DNA of 64,000 nt from positions 830 to 64,829 of the forward strand of contig JAJRZK010000006.1 of the NCBI GenBank assembly GCA_024275315.1. Reading direction: 5' to 3'. Origin of the DNA: Nitrospirota bacterium. GTDB lineage: Bacteria; Nitrospinota_A; UBA7883. Below are positions 58,127 through 64,000 of this stretch, piece after piece; position 1 is the stretch's first letter, and each line of letters begins with the position of its first letter. The position numbers and the translations under genes were made by a program. The notes under the pieces were generated by a model. The model was not told where the DNA came from. It made no database searches and saw only the letters and a list, made by a program, of their open reading frames with translations.

Positions 58127-59692
58127 TCATTGGATGGGGTCTGTATCCTCCATGTCCGAATTCACAGGGTCGTAGGGCAGGTAGACGGTAAACACGGAGC
58201 CTTTTTCCTTTTCGCTTTCAACACTGATCCATCCCTTGTGAAGCTCCACAAGCTCCTTGGCCAGGTTCAGACCGAGACCGGTGCCGGCGTATCTTCGCGA
58301 GTCAGCGCCGTCGGCCTGCCTGAACCGGTCGAAAATCACGGATTGCTGTTTGTCGTCTATGCCGATCCCCGTGTCGGTCACCTTGACCAGGACACCGGGG
58401 TATGCGCGGGATTTTTCTATTATCGTACGCACGCTACCTTCTTCCGTAAATTTTATGGCGTTCGACAGCAGGTTGATCAATATCTGCAAGACTTTCCGCT
58501 CGTCCATGGGAAACTCTTTGATATCGTCAGGAAACTCATAGCTGATCTGCAGACCCTTTTTCTTTGCCAGCGACGATACATACGTCACCGCCTCCACCAC
58601 GATTTCCCGTATATCGTTCATCTCGACCTTGAGTTCCATATGCCCGGATTCTATTTTGGCGAGGTCCAGCAGTTCGTTTATCAGCTCCAGCAGATGCTTT
58701 GAGCTTGCCTCCACCCTGCCGAGCATGTCCCTGGCCTCCATGGACCACTCCTTGTCCGAGGCGAGCAGTTCCCAGTCTTCGATGATCTGTTCCGAATAAT
58801 TGATGATGGCGTTAAGTGGTGTGCGAAGCTCATGGGACATCGAAGCGACGAATTCGGATTTTAGCCTGTTGGCTTCCTGAAGTTCGGTGTTGAGCTTTTT
58901 CAGTTCGTCGGTCGTCTTTTCCAACGCGGCGCTTTTTGACTTGAGCGAAGCTGTCATCTTGTTGAAAGCTACCGCAAGATCCCCTATCTCGTCCCTTGCC
59001 GACATTTCAGCCTTGACATCCAGGTTTCCCCTGGCCAGCTCGTCGGTGGCTTCCACGAGCCTCGCCAGGGGTGTGGTTATAGTGCGTATGAAAATAGGAA
59101 CGGTGACTAGGGATATTATCAGCAGCAAGAACAGGATAAACGATGTTTCGTTCGCCAGACGGGAGGCGGCCGCGGTCGATTGGTTCAGGAGCGTGGAAAA
59201 CTCCATATAGCTCCTGCTGAATATTCCTTCCACACGTTCCCGCAGGTCTGGGATTGTGTTCTTGACCCGCTCGGCGTAGATCAGCATCTCCTTGCTGAAG
59301 GTTTCGTCCCTGATGAATATTGTCGCCGCCGCACGGGCGCTGGCGTAGTAAGAGTCAAACAAAAGCTGTGTCTTGTGATATTCCTCAATCCTCGACGGGT
59401 CCAGGACGCTGAGCATGTTTAAGGTCTTGCTGAACACCTCGGCCCGTTCGTCGGCTTCCGTCACCGATTCGGGTTCATGAAGTTGCGCGGCGTCGTTAAG
59501 GAGCTGTTCGATATCCCTCAAGGCTTGCCGGAGCCTGTCGGCCTGTCTCATCATCTCTATCTTGGAGGAATCGAGGTATTCGCCGATTTTCCCGGAAGTC
59601 TGATATGACAATACCCAGGTGGTGACGAAAAACACCAGTATCGAGGAGAGAAAACCGAGCAGTTTTAGCTTTATAGATACATTTTTTATCAT
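58127..59692 (-). CDS. membrane-bound HAMP sensor histidine kinase
   Basis: Two TM helices, HAMP (DEIGDLAVAFNKM), H-box SHELRTPLN, NLLSNAIKF, DTGIGI and GTGLGL. Confidence 0.94.
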   Translation of the reverse strand: MIKNVSIKLKLLGFLSSILVFFVTTWVLSYQTSGKIGEYLDSSKIEMMRQADRLRQALRDIEQLLNDAAQLHEPESVTEADERAEVFSKTLNMLSVLDPSRIEEYHKTQLLFDSYYASARAAATIFIRDETFSKEMLIYAERVKNTIPDLRERVEGIFSRSYMEFSTLLNQSTAAASRLANETSFILFLLLIISLVTVPIFIRTITTPLARLVEATDELARGNLDVKAEMSARDEIGDLAVAFNKMTASLKSKSAALEKTTDELKKLNTELQEANRLKSEFVASMSHELRTPLNAIINYSEQIIEDWELLASDKEWSMEARDMLGRVEASSKHLLELINELLDLAKIESGHMELKVEMNDIREIVVEAVTYVSSLAKKKGLQISYEFPDDIKEFPMDERKVLQILINLLSNAIKFTEEGSVRTIIEKSRAYPGVLVKVTDTGIGIDDKQQSVIFDRFRQADGADSRRYAGTGLGLNLAKELVELHKGWISVESEKEKGSVFTVYLPYDPVNSDMEDTDPIQ

Positions 59693-59807
59693 TATCGAGG
59701 CGTCACTGCGATGTTACGGAACCAGATGTTCCGGAGCTATTTACACTACCGTTAACGAATTCTCGGCCATATCCGCAAGACGCCGTCCGGGCGATGGTAT
59801 GGCAGGC

Positions 59808-60287
59808 CTATTTCGTATCGTCGAATATCTTGAGAACTTTTACCTTGCTGTTAACCTTGTCCACGGGCAGATATCCTATCCTGTTCTTTTTGCCGGAGAC
59901 GAAGTTTATCACCTCTTTTGCGTCGCTAAACCTTGTTGGCGGATGGCCTTTGCCGGAGAAGATCATCTTGATCCAGTAGTTCTTGAGGATCATGAGGTCT
60001 TTATGAAGGTAACGCTGGCTGAATATCGCTCTGGATGTCTTCTGCTCGTCCAGCCCGTGTTCTACGAGGTCGCATGTGTCGTTGGCCTGGCCCCAGGACC
60101 AGAAGTTGCGTTTGCCGAGGAATATTTTGGCCAGTTCCGCCCTGGAAAGCTCCTTCAGCGGATTGTCCTTGTGGACCACCACAGCTATTTGAGATTTTTC
60201 ATAGACGTTGCCAAAAGTGACAGACAACGCTTCCTGGGTGGTCGTGGCGAGCAAAGCCAGTGCGATAATGGTGTGTAAGTAACGCAT
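59808..60287 (-). CDS. small periplasmic binding-protein-like protein (PstS-like PBP fold)
   Basis: Signal peptide, AVVVHKDNP...LSRAELAKIFLGK...YW.KMIFSGKG.PP...IGYL. Confidence 0.8.
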   Translation of the reverse strand: MRYLHTIIALALLATTTQEALSVTFGNVYEKSQIAVVVHKDNPLKELSRAELAKIFLGKRNFWSWGQANDTCDLVEHGLDEQKTSRAIFSQRYLHKDLMILKNYWIKMIFSGKGHPPTRFSDAKEVINFVSGKKNRIGYLPVDKVNSKVKVLKIFDDTK

Positions 60288-60290
60288 CGA

Positions 60291-61421
60291 TTAGAACAAC
60301 AATGTTAAGGCGGAGCGAAACTCGCCATATTCCAGGGGTTCGCCGGTTACGATATCCCTGTTGTTAGAGCCCCGTTTGTGCTCGTTCCACTCGATTTTAT
60401 AAAACAGGTAGTCAGTGACTTTTACGTTGACACCCGCCAGGTAGATGGTCCAATCCTCGTCGTTGCCTTCCTCGTGCGGGTTAAGGGTCTGGTATCGCAG
60501 GTATGGGGTATACCGGCCGAATCGCCATGAAGTTTGCACATACCAGGATGTCTCCGTCTGCGTGCCGAGAACAGAGCGTCCATATTCACCGCGCAGGTTC
60601 CCTTCGCGCCAGTTGAAGTCCGCGTGAAAAACCGTGGTCCAGTGGGTTTCGGAGAGCTTGTCGCGGCTGGTGGCCTTGTCACCGTAATAAGCGGAAATCC
60701 CCACCTGGTACGCCTCGTCGTGATCGGTTAGCTGCAACCTGCACCCCACAGCCTTGTTCTGGTTGTCGTCGTGCTCGTTTTCGTTGATGGTCACCCTCGA
60801 TTCGCCGTTTCCGATGTAAACGATATAATCGATGTCGGTGTGCGAAATACCAGTGGGGACCCCGCCCAGCGCCGTCATGCCGGTTATCCATTTTGGTATC
60901 AAGGCAAATCCGCCCTTGGTCCCGGATCTGTAGAAAAGCTCCGGCGGATACACGGACAGGTATGCGGGGGTGGAGTCGTGGATTTCGTTGTATATCCCCC
61001 ACGGCGACAGCATCTTCCCCCAGCGGAATTTCAGTCCGTTACGCTTCACGTATTCCACGAAAGCGTATTCGAGCACCATCGCCGCGTCTCCCGCGCCGGG
61101 GTATATGCCGTGTTCGAACTCCAGATGCGCTTTGGCCGCTATTTCCGATGTGACGGTGGCTTCCATGAGGATATTGAAATGGTGCTGGTCAAACGCGCCG
61201 TTTTTCATGTTGGCGTCATCTTCGCCGCTACCGTCGTACTTGTTGCCGGTGGTCTGTTTATACTCCAGGTCTATGTATCCATAAAAAAGTAGCTTGTCCA
61301 TGCTGGCGCCACATGCATTTTCGGGGACGACCATGGAAAACAGCAACGCCGAGACTATGGAAAACAAGAGCGGACTCGCCCATTGTCTGGATTCTCCCGT
61401 TACACGGTCACATGCACGCAT
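60291..61421 (-). CDS. outer-membrane beta-barrel porin-like protein
   Basis: Signal peptide, FYGYIDLEY, LEFEHG, LEYAFVEY, GKMLSPWGIYNE, DDNQNKA and terminal F. Confidence 0.8.
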   Translation of the reverse strand: MRACDRVTGESRQWASPLLFSIVSALLFSMVVPENACGASMDKLLFYGYIDLEYKQTTGNKYDGSGEDDANMKNGAFDQHHFNILMEATVTSEIAAKAHLEFEHGIYPGAGDAAMVLEYAFVEYVKRNGLKFRWGKMLSPWGIYNEIHDSTPAYLSVYPPELFYRSGTKGGFALIPKWITGMTALGGVPTGISHTDIDYIVYIGNGESRVTINENEHDDNQNKAVGCRLQLTDHDEAYQVGISAYYGDKATSRDKLSETHWTTVFHADFNWREGNLRGEYGRSVLGTQTETSWYVQTSWRFGRYTPYLRYQTLNPHEEGNDEDWTIYLAGVNVKVTDYLFYKIEWNEHKRGSNNRDIVTGEPLEYGEFRSALTLLF

Positions 61422-61627
61422 CTTGGACCCCGTTTTCTTTCATGCAAGTTGCGGCGGGCGAACGACTTGTCCGATTGTAAAACTGACTGCACAAAACATC
61501 TCTCCCATTTTTATTGAACCCGGTCATCACCCGTGGTTTAAACGACGCCGTACCGGTCAATTCCTTCGTTTGACACATTGACACCATGCAATTTACCACA
61601 AGCCGGTGGTCGGCTACATCGATATAA

Positions 61628-62443
61628 TTACCCGAACCATACATCAAGGATCATCATTACCGTAAACCCGCACATAAGACCCATCGTGGCCTGGTCTGCG
61701 TTGCCTCCGTGCTGCGACTCGGGGATCACTTCCTCTGCGACAACGAATATCATCGCCCCGGCGGCGAACGCGAGGGCATAGGGCAGGATCGGTTGCGCGA
61801 TTATGACGAACGCCGCTCCCGCCACAGCCGCCACCGGCTCCACCACCGCCGATAGCTGTCCAAACCAGAAGCTTCTCGGGGCGGACAGGCCCTCCCGCCT
61901 CAACGGTATGGAAACAGCCGTCCCCTCCGGGAAGTTCTGAATGCCGATACCCACGGCCAGCGCCACCGCTCCCGCCAGGGAGGCTTCGGAAAACCCGGCG
62001 GACACCGCGCCAAAAGCGACACCGATGGCCAGCCCCTCCGGTATGTTGTGGAGGGTTATGGCCAGCGCCAGCAGTGTGGTCCTCCGCCACGATGTCGGGA
62101 CGCCTTCTACCTTGTCCATCGGCAGGCCCAGGTGGAGGTGGGGGAGCAATTTGTCTATTATCCGCAAAAACACGCCACCAGCCATAAACCCCACCGCCGC
62201 CGGAAGCCATTCCGGCACGTTTAACCTCTTAGACATTTCGATCGCGGGGGCCAGAAGAGACCAGTAGCTCGCCGCGATCATCACACCCCCGGCGAACCCG
62301 AGCATTATATCCAGCGTCTTGCGGTCAATATCCTTTCGAAGAAAGACCATCGCCGCGCCCATGGCGGTCATAAACCATGTCAACAATCCCGCGACGAGCG
62401 CCTGGAGCAAAGGGTTTAGATGCGCGAAATTATCAAAGATCAT
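61628..62443 (-). CDS. ZIP-family (ZupT/GufA) metal transporter
   Basis: GFAGGVMIAAS, TLHNIPEGLAIG, IQNFPEG and EEVIPE. Confidence 0.94.
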   Translation of the reverse strand: MIFDNFAHLNPLLQALVAGLLTWFMTAMGAAMVFLRKDIDRKTLDIMLGFAGGVMIAASYWSLLAPAIEMSKRLNVPEWLPAAVGFMAGGVFLRIIDKLLPHLHLGLPMDKVEGVPTSWRRTTLLALAITLHNIPEGLAIGVAFGAVSAGFSEASLAGAVALAVGIGIQNFPEGTAVSIPLRREGLSAPRSFWFGQLSAVVEPVAAVAGAAFVIIAQPILPYALAFAAGAMIFVVAEEVIPESQHGGNADQATMGLMCGFTVMMILDVWFG

Positions 62444-62476
62444 GCCGTCCGTTTAACTTTATGCAAGAGGCGCAGG

Positions 62477-62899
62477 TTAATCCTCTGTGACGGTCTTTAT
62501 GTCCCGTTCGTGTTCCTCTTCCTGGATCAGAATATCCTCCAGCACCCGCCGAAGGCCATATTCCTTGAGCGCTTCGGCCTCTCCTATCCTGCTCTTATAG
62601 CTTTTTATGGCCTGTCTCTCCCCTTTCAGATCCTGCTTCAGCATCTGCAGGCTAACGCGGGACGTTTCCACTTTCTCTACTTTGGCGGTCGGCGTTCCGC
62701 CAAGGTAGTCCACCTGTTCGGAGAGCATGATGGCGTGTTGCAGTTCTTCGGAGGCGTGAACCAGAAGTTCTTTCTGGATCGATTCGTATTTCGCCCCCGT
62801 GATAACCGCCGCGTGTTGCACATACTGGACGGCGGCGGCGTATTCCCATTCGATATCCTTGTTAAGGTTTTTCAAAAGCTGTTTTTTCGTGATTTTCAT
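62477..62899 (-). CDS. ferritin-like four-helix-bundle protein
   Basis: Di-iron ligands EYAAAVQY, EELQHA, GERQAI and EEEH; 140 aa. Confidence 0.85.
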   Translation of the reverse strand: MKITKKQLLKNLNKDIEWEYAAAVQYVQHAAVITGAKYESIQKELLVHASEELQHAIMLSEQVDYLGGTPTAKVEKVETSRVSLQMLKQDLKGERQAIKSYKSRIGEAEALKEYGLRRVLEDILIQEEEHERDIKTVTED

Positions 62900-63215
62900 T
62901 TTTGGATCTCCTGGAAATGGCTGCATGGGCGGCCAGTGCCGTTTCGGTTAAAATCATGCTGTGTTGCGTCCTTCGCTAGTCTCCGAACGTCCGGTTTGTT
63001 CGTCAATCTTCCGATCCGACCCCGACGCCATTATAACTATAACTTGCCTATCGCGCGGCGCAAAACAAAAAACATCACGCAAATGGTTGCGCCAAACCGG
63101 TCTTTGGAGTGTACAATAGGGGCGTTTTTTGTTATCAAACCCGGATCGCTTGTTCGGTCCAATAATTGACGACGTCGGCTTTGCCGCTGGATATGACACG
63201 GAAGGCATTTAAAAA

Positions 63216-63860
63216 TTGATAGACTTGCACACGCACACAATCTTCTCTGACGGGGGCCTTATTCCGTCGGAGCTGGTGTGCCGCGCCGAAACGCTTGGAT
63301 ACCGGGCCATAGCCATCACCGATCATGTGGACATATCGAACGCCGATTTCGTGGTGTCCGGAATAGTCAAGTTTTGCCGGGAGTTCGACAGCGGCTCTAT
63401 CAAAGCCATCCCTGGAGCGGAGTTGACCCATGTTCCTCCAGGCCAATACGCCCAGCTTACGAAACTTTGCAGGGACCTTGGGGCCAAAGTGGTTGTGGCT
63501 CATGGCGAAACGATAGTGGAACCGGTGGCCGATGGAACCAACCGGGCCGCGATCAACGCCGGGGTTGATATAATCGCCCATCCGGGCCTGTTGAACGACA
63601 GGGACGCCGCGCTGGCGGCGGCCAAGGGCGTGGCTCTGGAGATAAGCGGACGGGGGGGGCACTGTTTCGCCAACGGTCATGTGGTGGCCATGTCGCGCAA
63701 GCATGGTTCGCCGCTGGTTTTTAACACGGACACCCACCAACCGAGGGACCTTATGAGGCGCCAGGACGCCACGGAGGTGGCTTTCGGGGCGGGAATGACC
63801 CAGGACGAGGTTGAAGCCATGTTCGAATTCTCCGCTGGCCTGGTCGAACGTTTGGGATAG
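63216..63860 (+). CDS. PHP-domain phosphoesterase (histidinol-phosphate phosphatase-like)
   Basis: DLHTHT..SDG, AITDH, ELTHVPP, VAHGET, AHPG and TDTH; TTG start. Confidence 0.88.
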   Translation: MIDLHTHTIFSDGGLIPSELVCRAETLGYRAIAITDHVDISNADFVVSGIVKFCREFDSGSIKAIPGAELTHVPPGQYAQLTKLCRDLGAKVVVAHGETIVEPVADGTNRAAINAGVDIIAHPGLLNDRDAALAAAKGVALEISGRGGHCFANGHVVAMSRKHGSPLVFNTDTHQPRDLMRRQDATEVAFGAGMTQDEVEAMFEFSAGLVERLG

Positions 63861-63883
63861 ATAGAAAGGCAATAAAAGGGAAA

Positions 63884-64000
63884 ATGGCGCATTACAAAAG
63901 AATTGTAAAAAAAAGGGAAAAAACCGCGGGGCTGGTCATCGAAGAGCCGGCGCGTTTGCAGGAATGGGTGAGTGAAAACATCCAGGCAATTACGATCGGA
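63884..64000 (+). CDS. 5' part of a gene truncated by the window end (possibly YfgM/TPR-like membrane-anchored protein)
   Basis: ATG after AAAGGG; open to the window end as MAHYKRIVKKREKTAGLVIEEPARLQEWVSENIQAITIG. Confidence 0.45.
   Translation, partial: MAHYKRIVKKREKTAGLVIEEPARLQEWVSENIQAITIG

Overview
Bacterial chromosomal window of moderately high GC content, densely coding, with no CRISPR array, integrase or IS recognised. It carries housekeeping genes (serA 3' end, purA, glmS, trxA, class II nrdJ, rho-rpmE-prfA-prmC-murA, fliC-fliD-fliS, uvrB, rdgB, tRNA-Leu(GAG)). It also has two energy and carbon hallmarks: ATP-citrate lyase aclBA (reverse TCA cycle) and an aprBA-qmoABC-sat dissimilatory sulfur operon with a divergent LysR regulator. 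Together these suggest a motile sulfur-based chemolithoautotroph, possibly Nitrospinota-like (inference only). Accessory content includes a modular amino-sugar nucleotide cluster, MSHA-like minor pilins, a mini-secretin, a methanogen-type DUF2111 gene, a porin/binding-protein/histidine-kinase module and several unannotated small ORFs. The most striking unexplained signal is a leader on the minus strand at about 32920-33135, upstream of a secreted transglutaminase-like gene and a DcaP-like porin. It has a consensus -10 box, a perfect Shine-Dalgarno, a 4-codon ORF (MHKL) ending in UGA, and a bacterial-SECIS-like hairpin exactly 11 nt downstream. Readthrough would end at a second, hairpin-hidden SD-ATG-TAA start-stop element. 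This is a candidate selenocysteine-sensing translational switch and remains a hypothesis. All family assignments come from motif recognition by eye, without database searches.
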